From the human T2T-CHM13v2.0 reference genome, Homo sapiens: a DNA stretch of 64,000 nucleotides. Each line of letters begins with the position of its first letter. The first letter of the stretch is position 1. Shown here in pieces: positions 14,292 to 32,077 of this stretch. The translations under genes and the position numbers were made by a program. Below the pieces are notes generated by a model. That model searched no databases. It saw nothing but the letters and a program-made list of their open reading frames with translations, and was not told the origin of the DNA. The stretch is from the NCBI RefSeq assembly GCF_009914755.1, contig NC_060933.1; one strand, given 5' to 3'.

Positions 14292-14763
14292 CGTACTATA
14301 TCTGGGTGATTGATCCAATACTGGGGCTTTGCAGTACCTAGTATGTTTGAATTATTTGCGTCTTTTGAGGTCATAAATAACTAAATTATGGACATGTTGG
14401 AAAAGGTCCAGAGGCCTCAAAATTCAGAGAGAACCATGGGAAAGGCAGCAATTCCAGCTCCCACATGGCTTGCTCTGCTGCCTCTGGCCAGGGCTTGCCG
14501 AGTAGATGCCCATCAGATCTGGGCTACTGGATTGCTTTCAGAGTCCCCCTTCATCATTCACTTGATTGCAGTTTGAGCCTCTCCCCTGGATGACCTTGGT
14601 AACCACACAGGCAATATTGAGTTAGTTTTTCCTTTTAAAAATTGATGTTGCCAAGAACTTGAATTTCAGTGGCATTCTTGCCTCTCTGCGGTTGGGGGTG
14701 AGGGGTCCCTGATTGGTGCTCAGGGCCAATAACGATAAGGGCTTTGGGCGTTTTGCCACTTAC

Positions 14764-14873
14764 CTGTCCTCTGAGCTTCCTGAGAATTCTCTTGGGCAGA
14801 TCTGGTGGGCTGGTCAGGTGTTCATGGACTATCCAGTCGCACAACACCATTTTGTCTCTAAGGCTTCTTTCTC
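14764..14873 (-). pseudogene. 110-nt pseudo-exon: GERSL(fs)RQNGVVRLDSP*TPDQPTRSAQENSQEAQRT
   Basis: ccttttag|G acceptor and consensus CAG|gtaagt donor; restoring one base gives 111 nt, phase 1-1. Confidence 0.65.
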
Positions 14874-15079
14874 CTAAAAGGTAGTTTTGTGTCGTGCAGG
14901 TACGATCAACATGATCATGACTCTGAGTTTACGGTTCCTGAAAAAAATTCCACACCTTCGTGGTATCATCAGTAAGTGAGTAGCTCATCCCCCCATGGGG
15001 AATATTTTTAAGCACATTCATTTTATTTTAGGGGATGGAGGTGGGATAATATCAAGACCCATACTCTCTGATTCTAATA

Positions 15080-16090
15080 ATAGTGTTATCGTGATAAAGT
15101 AACCCCATGAGTAGGATGTATAAGGATTAATTTAAAATAATGTATGCAAAGTGCATAGCACAGTTCCTGACCCGTAGTAAGTGTTCAGTAATAAAAATCA
15201 ACAAGGGTTCTTGGAAAGTCACTCTAATAGATGCATGTGTTTGTATGCTTACATACAGTTATTAGTTATTTTAACCACTTGAACAAGTTAGCCAACATCA
15301 AACATATGTGGGAGATTTCCTAAACCAACAATTTAGGCTTGCGTCTTTCATAATTCATAGGAAATAAATACTGTAACGTTATATATGGGACGAACTACAT
15401 ACAACTATATTGTATGTTATAACATGTATTATATTGCATTATTACATAGTCATATGTTGAATAAAATATGTCATATATTAGTATATACAAGCTGCATTTA
15501 CTAATCATTGTAAATATCATAGCTTATTTGTGGAGCTCTGTCTGTATGCCAGGTATTACACAAAGCACTTTACAAATGTGATCTCATTTGATCCTCCATC
15601 AAACTCTTCCATGTAGGTACCCCTGTTATTTTTGCTTTATGGATGAAGCAATTAGTTGTATGTGTTTGTGTGTGTGTCCACAGTGTATGTTTGTGCATGT
15701 GTTGTGGTGCCTTAAGGATCATTCCTGTGCTCACAGAGCTTCCAAGAGGACAAGCCAGGATTTGAGCCTAACTGTGTTGGAGTCCAAAATCAGTGTTCTG
15801 ATTCTGTAAGCACCATTGTTTCTTCTCACTAGCTACTTATTTGCTGGGCTGTTCCACAGGCTGCCACCCACAAACTCTTCATCCCTCCAAAGAGCTTTGA
15901 TGTTGACTGCAATCCTAAGTGTATATTCATTATTTACTCCTCTCAACAACTCTGCAAGGTAATAGACTAATTTTACTAATATCCTCATTTTACAGTTGAA
16001 AAAACAGAGGCTCAGAGAGATTAAATCACACAGCTCTTAAGTGGCAAAACCAGAATTGGCCATGAGTCTGATTTCAAAGTCCTTCATCCT
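15080..16090. mobile_element. MIR fragment cluster
   Basis: MIR core motifs such as cattttacagttgaaaaaacagaggctcagagag. Confidence 0.65.
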
Positions 16091-16765
16091 CTTTTCACTT
16101 CACCACACCTATGCCCACACAACTACCACCCACCCACCAACTTGGAAACCTCTCCCCTGTGCAGGGTAGCCAACCAGGGTGAGGCTACCTCAATAGCTCC
16201 AGCCTCCTGATCGTGCATGTCATGGAGTTTAATTGAAGGGGAAAAGGACCAACCAATGAGTCAGTGGCTTGGCTCTCCTGGGAAGCCTGCTTTTGACCCT
16301 CTGCTCCAGCCCAGCCCTATTAAAATGATGAGCCCTGACAGCCTCGCAGCTGGAGGTATGGCCAGCCTGCCAGTGGTCTGATTGATGATATTTGTTACGG
16401 TCTTACCACTGGTTGTTATTGTTTTAGCACTTCATCCATTTCCCTTTAGATGGCTGGTGGTGGAGATTTTCATCAATGTCTTTTGATTAATCTCAAATAA
16501 AGAGGAAGCTAGCAGACACCAAACATGTTTGGAAGAATTTCAACCCCAATTAAGTGTGTACTGTAGCATGATTTGATTTGTGGGAGTCGCACAACAAGGA
16601 ATTCAGAATAAACATATCTAACATGAAACCAGGGACTAAACTTAGGTGCTTAACACATGGAGTGTGTCATTATCCAGCCATTATCCAGCTTGTGCTCGCT
16701 GACTCTCCAGATGTTCATCGACATCCCAAAAGTTTTTCCACATCGACCATGAAAGTGGGACTCAC

Positions 16766-16893
16766 CATGTGGGCTCTCCGTTTACTTGTTAAGAGAGTTT
16801 TAAGGAGGTCTGCTGTCTATTCCTTGATAAAACTGGGCAGTTTTAGTGCAAAATAAGTTCCCCATTGCTGTATCCCCTCATTTCCACTCGGGT
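16766..16893 (-). pseudogene. 128-nt pseudo-exon with candidate start ATG (16865): MGNLFCTKTAQFYQGIDSRPP*NSLNK*TESPH
   Basis: gtgtctccccag|A acceptor, ATG|gtgagt donor, Kozak context GCAATGG, ends in phase 1. Confidence 0.65.
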
Positions 16894-17361
16894 CTGGGGA
16901 GACACACACAGTCTTGGTCTTGATGCACCTGAGGCTCACTAGTTAGAGAAGTATGTGTCAATTCTAGGGTCCTGCTTACGTGCCAAGTTGTTTCTTTACA
17001 TTCTACCTCCCCCACCGTGAGCCACTCATGTAACATTCACCAAAAGGAAATTGCAAACTCAGCAGCTACTGAAGAGTTCATTTTTCCCTCCAATCAGTTC
17101 CACTGAACAACCAAGCATTTTTGGAGAGGTCATAGCACCATCAGTATTCTTTTAGACCTCTCTATTGTATATTCAACAAATAGCTATTGAACACCTATTA
17201 CATAATACTGTCTTACGCTAATTTAATTTTTGCTCAGTGTCAATTTTTTCTTAATTTCTAATACAGGTTGAAATTCTGCTATTCAATGTTTAGTTTCATG
17301 GCAGTTTCTGTCTTACCTACTTACCATTCATTTTCTATTACTTGGTGCTTTAGCATTTTAG

Positions 17362-17812
<451 letters not shown>

Positions 17813-20239
17813 ATGTTAAGTATTTTCTCCACTCTTTTCTTATTTTTAAAGAAGGAGGGATACAATGTTTTTCAAAGACAAAGTTTGTTTGTCTTTGATC
17901 TTCTTTGGATGAGCAACTGAACAGTGTGTTAGCACACACAGCTTCCAGACCCATTCTCAAACTCTAGGCTGGGAAATCTCAAGGGCTCCTGTTAGTTGAG
18001 CATACCTCACTCCCATCTCCTGACGCTGATCCTGGTGGAAGTCTTAGAAGACTGTAATCCTCAGCATGTACTGCTTCCAAGATGGCTTCTGAGAAGGAAC
18101 CCTGCTTATTGTGTTTTACTTTAGGGGATTGTACCTTCCATCCACCTTCTTGGAATTCCCATCTCTGACTAGATACAGAAAAGAGAGATCTGGGCAGGAA
18201 TGAAGGATGGATTAAAGGATTGCACCAGGCCTCAAAGTGTATCACCCACCTAGAGAGAGGCCCTCCGGATCCAGTTAGTATCTATGTTGGATTTCTGAGC
18301 CAGGGCTTGGATTTTGAGAGGGTGCAGGGACTTTGTATCTACTTCCTGTCTGTGTTGGGGGTAAGAGGGAGAAGCTAACTCTTATTTTGAGTGGTCATAG
18401 CACAAGGGATCTTGGATCATGCTCTTAATCCCATTTTTCCAGTCTTGCAGTTAATGAAAATTGATCCTGGATTCTGAAAATAGATTACTTAGTTCCTGTT
18501 TTGGTGGTGGCATAAGTTTTCAATTTTTTTGTGTGTCTTTATAAGTATTTTGTTAGATTTTAGGGAAATATTGAGTGATTAAGTGCCTCTAAGCCAGATG
18601 CCATTTTAAACCTAACTTTCTCTCAGTCTTCATTTCTTAAAAGTAAAAAGGCTTTTAGTTAAAAATATGGTTATGTTGATATCATTGTAGATAACGCATC
18701 ATGTACATGACAGGAAAGAAAGGTCTATTCAGCTGGGACTCATTCTCTAAGGCAGAGAGATGGCTAATAAGGTTTCATGGAACAAAAGTCCTCATTGTCT
18801 GGAGAGACTGCATTGACAGAAAGACTACATTGATGAAACAATCTGATCTTCTAACCCATTCACCTTATGTGGAGTGATTCTGTAAATTGTAATGATCTAA
18901 TAGCAGAACTTGGAAACACCTGAATGACAAAGCCAGGCAACCCCAAGAGCAGATTGTGTTTTCCTTGCTCAAGGGTCAGTTGCTGTGGGACGTTGACCAA
19001 TTTCCCTGTCTCTCCTGAGGATTTGTGCTGCAGCTCATTTCAGGCATGTGTATTCAGCCCACTATGACTTCATTACCAGGGGACACTTCCCACATGTGGG
19101 ATGGGAAGAGGAGTGCCTTCCTCTAGTCACAAGGATGTTGACAGAGCTGAGTCTTTGCTGCATGGGAACAGCGTGTGGACAAATGTTTGGCACTGGAACA
19201 GGGCTTGGGCTCCAACATTTGAGTTGCTGAAGCCCAACGAAGTCCTGCAGCCAAATCCACAGAGTCCTAGCAGCTTGCTTTACAAAACTTGAATTTAACG
19301 AAGTGTCAGTCTAGACTCAGTTTGATGGACTGCTCTGCACACTGGTGATTTCAAGTAAGAGCTAAAGGATGAGTTTGGTTGGGTGGAATAAAAAGATATT
19401 TGGAAGTTTGTTTGCTCCTGTTGTTCTTCTCTTTTGCCAGAAGTCAAGGACTGTAAGCCTGGTTCATTGTGTTTTAGTAGAATAGCATGGATGGCTAAGA
19501 GGCAGGATCAAATTAAAAAAACTGAAATATCTTTAAAATTCTTTTTTTGCTGAGGCTACATATTGATTTTTAAATGCATTAAAGTAATTAGGTGTTGGGG
19601 CTGGACTAATAAGAAGTTGGTGGTATTGTGTCTGCTCACTGATACTCCATCATCTACGTAGCTCTCAGTAGAGAATTACATATGTGAGGATGCTAATTAG
19701 TCCTTCTCAGGGTTGGCATTGAGATTGTGTGGCCAATGATTGGAATGATGATCTCACAGAAATCATTAGTAGGAGCTAGAAAATGTGTATGCCTGTTTCC
19801 GTGTGCGTGTGCAGATTCTAAAAGTACAGCGTGCTCTCATTCACTCTGGTTGTCAACATTGTGGGCTGCCTAAGTGCTTTTTATCTTCCTGTATTTTTTT
19901 CTGTCTTATATCCATTTTACTTCCCTGCTCCACATAGAGAACGAGGAAGAGAAGGAAAAGCCTACAATCAAATCAGATTCTTGAGCTTATCTCTGGTGAA
20001 TACCATCTCACCAACAGCTAAATCTGCAAATGGCATTTAGCCTCCTGCTATCTTCCTGGAGGCTGAGCCTTATGCTGATAGGAGAGAAAAAGATCAGGCC
20101 AAAAATCCTGTCTTGTCTACATTGTCCCTGATTTCAGGCAACTGGACTACTTTGGGTTGATTCTGGAATTTCCCCTGATGTCATATGAGTTTCTTTGGTG
20201 ACACTTAGACTCTTGATTGGTCTCTCAAAATCTTGAGGT

Positions 20240-20750
20240 CATGCTTGACGAACGAGTACAAGTTGGGGTTTTCTGTGGTAACAACCTCAAAATCCCAACC
20301 ACTCACCACATGAAACAGTTTTCATGGTTCAGCAAGTCAGCTGCAGCTCTGTTGGCTTGATTGGGATCAGCTGGAGTTGCTGCTGGACTATAGATTGGTT
20401 TGATACCTGCTCCATGTGTCTTCTCATCCTATCACCCAGTTGGAGGAACAGCCACAGGATGTCCTTCATGGAGCAGGTTGACCTTGTGAAGGAGGGCAGA
20501 AGGTTGGGATAAGTGAGAAAAATGCCTCTCTTAGAAGCTTCTGCTCAGAACTGGCACTCTGACATTTCCATTCACAGTCCATTGGTCAAAGTAACTAATT
20601 CACAAGTCCAAGGTCAATGGGGTGAAGCTGTATACTCTGCCTACTAGAAAGTATAGACATGTTACGTGAAAATGGGTAAAGGTGTGCTTCCCTATTATAG
20701 GGACAGAGCAAAGATTTGAAAAAAAGAAAATCCTATCCGACCACACTAAC
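20240..20750 (-). mobile_element. Old MaLR LTR (MLT1J/K-like)
   Basis: ctcagaactggcactctgacatttcc...cattggtcaaag. Confidence 0.55.
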
Positions 20751-22499
20751 TATATAATGACCTGAAAAAAGGTTCACCATAACACACGCCTATTTTTACT
20801 ACATATTCTTAGTTCCAAGGTAGTATAATAGGTAACATAATCACAGAAGAGTGCCTGTCTCAATCATGGCCTCATTTAATTTAATTTTCCTGGAAAACTG
20901 GGAAAGAAAGAATTCTTCCACTTCTCCCCACACCCAATGTCTCCATCTGATCATGTATGCACACTAGAGGACATACTCATTTGAATATAGAAGATTTATT
21001 GTTTCTCCTCTTCAAGGGGGTGTGTAGTGGAAATTGCTTGGGATCTGCTTTCATATGCACATGAGTTTCAGTACAACTCAGGAATTAAATAGCTAAGAGG
21101 AATTTGGGGCCCTTTATTGCACCTCCCCAGTCTCCACTTATTTATATATAGCATGGGAGACACAGGACCTTCTTCACTGCATTGCTCTGCAGATTAAATG
21201 AGATAATCTATGGAAATGATCTACTATGAGTCTCATAAAAATTAATTTCATTTCTCTTCTCCTAAATCTCATCCATTATCCAAGATCAACCTTATATTCC
21301 AATGTCTCCTCTAAACCACCTTTAACTTCCTCCAGAATTAACTGAGCTTCTTCTCTTCTGAACTTTTGCAGTTCTCTAAGGGAGGGATCCATAATCTGCT
21401 CCTGGGTTCATGAATGGATTTCAAAAGCTAATAGACTGCCGTTTTCTTCTCTGGAATCAATATGAAATATTTTGCATATGAACCATATGCATCTTCTGGG
21501 GAGAGACTACATAGTATTCATGTGAACTTCAAAATGGTATTGGATCGAGAATAGGTTCTGAACCATTGAGCAGAGATGAACTATTGACCCTTGTCATGTA
21601 CCACCTTGTATGCTGGGTATTGTTGCATGCCATTAGCTCCCTTTCTTCATCTATATTGTGACTTTCTTGAGGGAACCAAACATATACTCCATGGCTTATG
21701 TATATTCTACAACTTGTAGCATACGCTGAACACTTGATGAAAATTCAATATTTGTTAATTACTCAAATAAGGGTTTTAAAAATACCATCATCATAACCAC
21801 CAAGGTGACTCTAACAAGTGAAACATTTAACAACAATGCTGAAGGAATGTAGAGAAAAAATCACTTGAAACAAAAACAAGCAGAAAACTCTGATGGTAGC
21901 AGAATCAGTCTGTCTGCGGACCCCTTCTGGTCCTGGATGAAGGGTGCCAACAGTCCCTTGTACCATGTCCTACAATATGTCCATGAAACATTGCATCAGA
22001 TGTGATTATACATATCTCCATGCTGATTAAAACTCATATTCTTACATTTTCTAAGAGAAATGTGGAATACTTTAGTGATTATAAGTATAGCTATAGGTTA
22101 GAACTGGAAGAGAAAGGCTGTTAGAGAAGTGACATTTTGACAGAATGTTGGAGTGAAGCAGAGTAAGTCTTGTTAGGGAACTCTGAGCTCTCTTTGCAAG
22201 CAGAGCCTCTCCTCATCTATAGATTGATGTTTGGGTCCAAATATAATTTGGGAAAAGGAAGAAAACAACAAATAATGATAAATGAAATTGTTTGTGCTTT
22301 TTCATCCTTTCCTAGGAAGCAAAAGAAATGTAGGGTTGAGATCATTAACCCGAATTATAAACCTCACCCAAAAATATTTTCTAGAAAATAAATTTCTAAA
22401 CATTTAAGAATCTTTAACTTAATTGTAAGAACTGAGCAGGTTTGAAGGAGAAAGAATGGTCAGGAAACTCTAAAGAAGATGTAAGCATGTTGACAAAAG

Positions 22500-22668
22500 T
22501 TAGCGAGCAAGCGTGTTGTCAAAAGTCAAGGAGGTTTGTTGGTCCTTTGCCTCCTTATTGGTGATGACTTTCAAGATTCAGGTCTTTGATTCCACAAGAT
22601 TTTCAAAGTGATTTTAGGGGACACATCATCAAGGGCAGCATGGCCATAGAATTCATAAGACACGCTCT
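22500..22668 (-). pseudogene. Candidate, possibly terminal, pseudo-exon: ESVSYEFYGHAALDDVSPK(fs)HFENLVESKT*ILKVITNKEAKDQQTSLTFDNTLAR*
   Basis: tttttatgtag| acceptor; protein-like translation; no donor seen. Confidence 0.4.
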
Positions 22669-22825
22669 CTACATAAAAATTCATAAGCATACATATTCTC
22701 AAGTCAATCCTCTAACACTTTCAGAGGGCCAGATTCCATATGCCTAGCAACAATTCTATTTTTTTGTGTGTTTTATCCTTCTTCTCAGCTTCCTTGCTAG
22801 GCTTTAGGGAATTAGCAGGACTTAC

Positions 22826-22932
22826 CACCAATTGGATTGCAGAGCTTTTTGGCCCAGAGTGAGGCTTGCTATCATCAGGTATGTAAAATCTTGCCCAGTG
22901 TAGTCAGAAGTTAAAATCAAGCCATCATAAAC
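22826..22932 (-). pseudogene. 107-nt pseudo-exon: VYDGLILTSDYTGQDF...
   Basis: cctgcag|G acceptor and GTG|gtaagt donor; phase 0 start matches the upstream exon. Confidence 0.55.
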
Positions 22933-24068
22933 CTGCAGGACTTATGACCCTGAAGGCCCTGGGGGAGTTTCTTGGACGAGACCTCAATGGAACTTTGCCC
23001 AAAACCCCAAATGGGAAATATATATGAACTGATTCTGTGCAGTGTGAAGGCTGAGGCAGCAGCAGAATGCTTTTACAGACTGATACAATGATAGATTAGC
23101 ACACATTTAATCCTAGGTTGGGGGTTTAGAGGAGTCAGTCTTCCTCAGTCCTTCCTCCCTGTTCGTTAATGTTAATAGTCCGGAGTGCTGGGTTTAATGG
23201 TAGTGGGCATTTTTCTTTTGTGACACAATTATTCTATATTTAAGCCAATTAGAAAGTCGTTTCATGAAGAGAGGGAGTGCCAGTGGGACACTAGTGTGGC
23301 TACAATTTGCTATAGGATTGTAGACTTCTAGTCTAATTGAGGTTGGAGAAATAAAAGGAAATTTTTAAATAGCTATCTGATGACAAAAAAAATAACATCA
23401 CATTTAAAAGTATCTACACATCACTGCCTTTAAGAAAATCTGCTCCCATACAAACGTATAGAACAAATAAATTCAGAGCTATTGTTTATATTACACAAAT
23501 TCTTTTTTTTTTTTTTTTTTTTGCTAGAGTTTCCATAAAGGATAAGTTTCCTGGTTACATCGAATACATATTTGATTTCCAATAATCCAATAATACCGCT
23601 TTTCAGGAACCAACTTATTGTGAAGAGAAAGCTACTTTGCAAAATTATTAGAGCAAAAAGATGCCATGTTGAAAAAAGCCTCAAGAAATAAAGACAAAGT
23701 TCTTGGCCACAGTTTGTGAGAGACAGGGGAATTACAGGCTGTTTTGAGAAAAGCTGAAGAGACAGTCTCCCATGGCGGAGTCTGTCAAGATGTCGTATGC
23801 AAATGTCATGATGTATTCTGAGTGTGCAAATAATCTAGCGGCACACTCTAATCAGAAAATACAGACAACACCAAAGCTGTAGGGTTTATCCCTCTTGGTT
23901 AGATTCCATATTCAATTCTATATTCCATCAGAGTTTAAGCAAAAAACAAAAACACATTAAATTACAGGTCTCTGAATGAGTATTAGAAACCTCCTTTCGA
24001 AAATTTGTCTCTAACAATGGAGAGTTCTTTGCAGTTGGGCACCTCTAAGACATACAACACACACTTAC

Positions 24069-24148
24069 CTTAACTTCTAGGTATTTTAAATTGTCTGACT
24101 TATCATAAGCTCTAAATATCAGCACTTGTAGCTGGAGATTTCTACATC
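24069..24148 (-). pseudogene. 80-nt pseudo-exon: GCRNLQLQVLIFRAYDKSDNLKYLEVK
   Basis: gaatag|GA...AAG|gtaagt; open frame, phase 1-0. Confidence 0.55.
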
Positions 24149-24309
24149 CTATTCCCATGCCAGTGGAAAATGAGAAGTAAATATATTTACATACAGTGGC
24201 TCTGCCAGAAGAACTAGAAGCAATGAACCTTTCTCCCAGAGGCACTGGGAAATTGCCCAGGGATTGCTCTAATAGAGGTGGGTTGGCTACGTCAAGGCCT
24301 GCAATCTAC

Positions 24310-27926
<3,617 letters not shown>

Positions 27927-27993
27927 CTTTAATTCCATACCAAATAAAATGCAAACCTATGCCTGTCTCTCCTGTGTACTCTTAGCCCCATAC

Positions 27994-28083
27994 CTGTTAA
28001 CATCTTTGGTTCTTCAGTTTCACAAGTGTCACATGCACATTTCTTGGACCCATTTTGTTCTGGGAATTATTGCATAGCACCAC
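27994..28083 (-). pseudogene. 90-nt phase 1-1 pseudo-exon: GGAMQ*FPEQNGSKKCACDTCETEEPKMLT
   Basis: ctttcttgttttttatatgag|GT acceptor; ACAG|gtatgg donor. Confidence 0.6.
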
Positions 28084-28139
28084 CTCATATAAAAAACAAG
28101 AAAGAACAGTAAGACAGCTGTGTGCTGTCATGATCACGA

Positions 28140-30910
28140 TTAGTGTTTCTATGGCATATTTTTCCACCCTTTTACTTTTAACCTATTTGTGTCTTTACAT
28201 TAAGATTCATGTCTTTAAATAGACAGCATAGAGTTGATCTTGCTTTTTTATTCATTATGAAAGTCTCCACCTTATTGTAGTTTACTACATTCACACTTAA
28301 GGTGATTACTGATCTGGTTGGGTTGAAGTCAGCCATCTTGCTGTTTGGTTTTTGTCACATCTGTTCTTTCTTTCTTGTTTTTCCTTATTTTCTGCCTTCT
28401 TTTGGATTAATTGAGAATTTTTCATGATTTTATTTTATGACCACTTAACAGGTCATTATCCAGAACTTGTTGATTTAGTTTTTAACAGTTGCTCTAGATT
28501 TACAATCTTCCTCTTAAAATTTTCGCTTTCTATTTTAAAATGATACTACACTATTTCATGCTTGAAGAAAGAACCTTACCACAATATATTTTCATTTCTA
28601 TTGTCATTACTTTGGCTATTAAGGTCATACATATTATAAAATCCCTAATACATTTTTCTTATTTTTACTTTAAACATATGTATGTCATTCATTTCACAAT
28701 ACATTTCTACTAGTTTTGCTTTATCTTTAAGTAAAATAAAAATGGACAAGTTTTAAATATTTATTCAAATACCATTGCTAGAGTGCTCATGCTTTGACTG
28801 GAAATGAATTCTATCTGATTTTTCTGTTTGTCTAAAAAAGTCTATATTGCTGCTTATTTTAGGAAGATGTTTTTGCTTGATTTGGAATTATAGGTTGATA
28901 GGTATTTTTTTCTGTTTTCTTTCCAACTTTTAGCATGTTAAAGATGTTATTCCTTTGTCTTTGAGCTTCATAGTTACTGCCAAGAAATCTATTGTATGTG
29001 TTACCCTAGTTCCACTTAAGTAATGCCATCTTTTTTTCTCTGCTTTTAAGATTTTTCTTTTATGCTTCTTTCCCCCACCCCCCCTCTCCGACAGAGTCTT
29101 GTTCTGTTGCCCAGGCTGGAATGCAGTGGTGTGATCTCAGCTCACTGTAACCTCCACCTCCCAGGTTACAGCCTCAGCCTTCTGAGTAGCTGGGACTACA
29201 GGTGTGCACCACCACACCCAGCTAATTATTTTCGTATTTTTAGTAGAGATGGGGTTTCACCACGTCAGCCAGGCTAGTCTCTTGACCTCAAGTGATACAT
29301 CTGCCTCGGCCTCCTAAGGTACTGGGATTACAGGTGTGAGCCACTGTGTCTGGCCTCTTTCATGACTTTTTAAAAGGAATTTGATTAGTACGTACTGGAC
29401 CTTGAACTATTTTTTCGTTTTTATTTTGTATATATTTTTCTTTGGGCTCACTGAGCTTTTTGTGTCATCAAATTTGGAACAAATTTCGGCCATTATTTCT
29501 CCCAAAATTTGTATTCTTTCATTCCTTCTCCCCTTCTCAGGCTATAAAATACATGTTAGACCCCTTGTTATTATCTCACAAATCAGAGAGATCACTCATT
29601 GTTTCAGTCTTTTCCCTACATTTCTGCTTCATTTGGATAATGTGTGTTACTGTGTCTTCAGTTTCATTAATCTTTTCCTTTGGAGTGTTTAATCCTTTTC
29701 ATTTAAGATATTGTTGTTTTTTTTCCTAGATATTTCATTTGGTTTAGTTTTATATTTTCCATTTATATCCTCACTACGTTCATGTGTTTTATTAAATATT
29801 TGAATGTGGTTAAAATAGTTTTTAATGCCTTTGATTGCAATTTTATCATTTTCATCATTTGCTGATCCATTTCTTTTGAAACATTTTTATCTTGGTTATG
29901 AGTTGCGTTTTCCTGCTTTGGAATGTTTAATAATATTTTATTTTATGCTGAAACTTGTGAATATTATGTCACCAACTGTCTGGATTTTGTTGTCACCCTT
30001 TAAAGAGTGCTGGCATTGCTTTTGTGGTTCAGTATGCTGTTCATTTTGACCCTCTTGAGACTTTTTAAAACTTATTAAGGTGATTCTACAGTACCCTACA
30101 CTGTTACGGATATTTAAATCCCCTTCTAAAGTATAGCCTTTCTGGTGTTTCTACTGAGTGCCTGAAGTGGTAAAGACTTTCTGTCTCATCTGGTCAGGAA
30201 TATAATACCTCCTGTTATTTTTTATTTCTTATATATTTTTCATTGGGTTCATTGAGCTTTTTGTATCATCAAATTTGGAGTAAATTTCAGCCATTATTTC
30301 TCCCACAATTTTTATTCTTTCACTCCTGTTCTCCCCCGTCTCAGACTGTAAGTATACATATGTTAGACCCTTTGTTATTATCTCACACATCACAGAGATA
30401 CATTCATTTTTCATTCATTTTTCAGCTCAGCCCCAGGTGAGCTCTGTAAACCATTCAGTTCATAACTCCTGAGCTGCTGCTTGCCTAGTCCCGTGATTTT
30501 CCATCCTGTGCATAAGATCTTAGTATTCAACTAAGACTCAAGAGGACCTCTATTCAGATTTCAGAAACTATTTTTCTGCACAGGGCCCTGCTCCCAGAAC
30601 TTCCTTGCAACTTTTTGCTATTTTAGGCTTCCTGAAGTCTGATTCTCTATCTCCTTAACTTAGCAAACCTGCCATGCCATGCTTGGGACACCCCCACCTT
30701 CCTTCATGGTCTGCAATGTGATTTCAGGCAGAAAGCAAGCATAACTGTAGGAACCATCTCTCTTTTTCCCCTTTTCTCAGAAATCAGAATACTGCTGTGC
30801 ATGTTGGCCAATGGCTGCGAACAGCTGTTTCATTTTTTTCCCCCTAGCTTTCTAATTATTTATTTGGGGAAGGAAAATCAAATCTTTGCTACTTCTTCAT
30901 GGCTGAAAGT
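28140..30910 (-). mobile_element. L1M fragments (ORF1 / 5' region) with an AluS at about 29087-29355
   Basis: Track ORF 30229-30414 (EIMAEIYSKF) resembles the L1 ORF1 EIMAENFP segment. Confidence 0.75.
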
Positions 30911-30919
30911 AGACTATGC

Positions 30920-31626
<707 letters not shown>

Positions 31627-31657
31627 ACTAATACAGTTTTTAAGAAAACATTGTTCC

Positions 31658-32072
31658 TGTATTAGGCTGTTCTTGCATTGAAATGCCTGAGACTGGGTAA
31701 TTTATAAAGAAAAGAGGTTTAATTGGCTTGTGGTTCTGTAGGCTTTACAGGAAGCATGATGCTGGCATCTGCTCACCTTCTGAGGAGGCCTCAGGAAACT
31801 TACAATCATGGCAGAAGGAGAAGGGGGAGCAGGTACGTCACATGGCTAGAGCAGGAGCAAGAGAGAGGGAGGGATGCCACACACTTCTAAACAGCCAGAT
31901 TTTGCAAGAAGACATTCACTATTGCAAGCATGGAACCAAGGAGATGGTGCTAAACCATTCATGAGAAATTCAGCCCCATGATCCAATCACCTCCCACCGG
32001 GCCACACCTCCAATACTGGGGATTACAGTTCAACGTGAGATTTGGACAGGGACACATACCCAAACTATATTA
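31658..32072 (-). mobile_element. MSTA-like solo LTR
   Basis: tgtattagg...aaactatatta; 5-bp TSD gttcc. Confidence 0.88.
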
Positions 32073-32077
32073 GTTCC

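Noticed and set aside
16318-16357. TATA-driven plus-strand first exon ending at GAG|gtatgg
   Set aside because: The donor is only about 30 nt from the TATA-like box, leaving almost no exon.
17979-18245. Minus ORF with a GAG|gtatgc donor as an extra pseudo-exon
   Set aside because: Appears to lie within old L1-like sequence and has no convincing acceptor.
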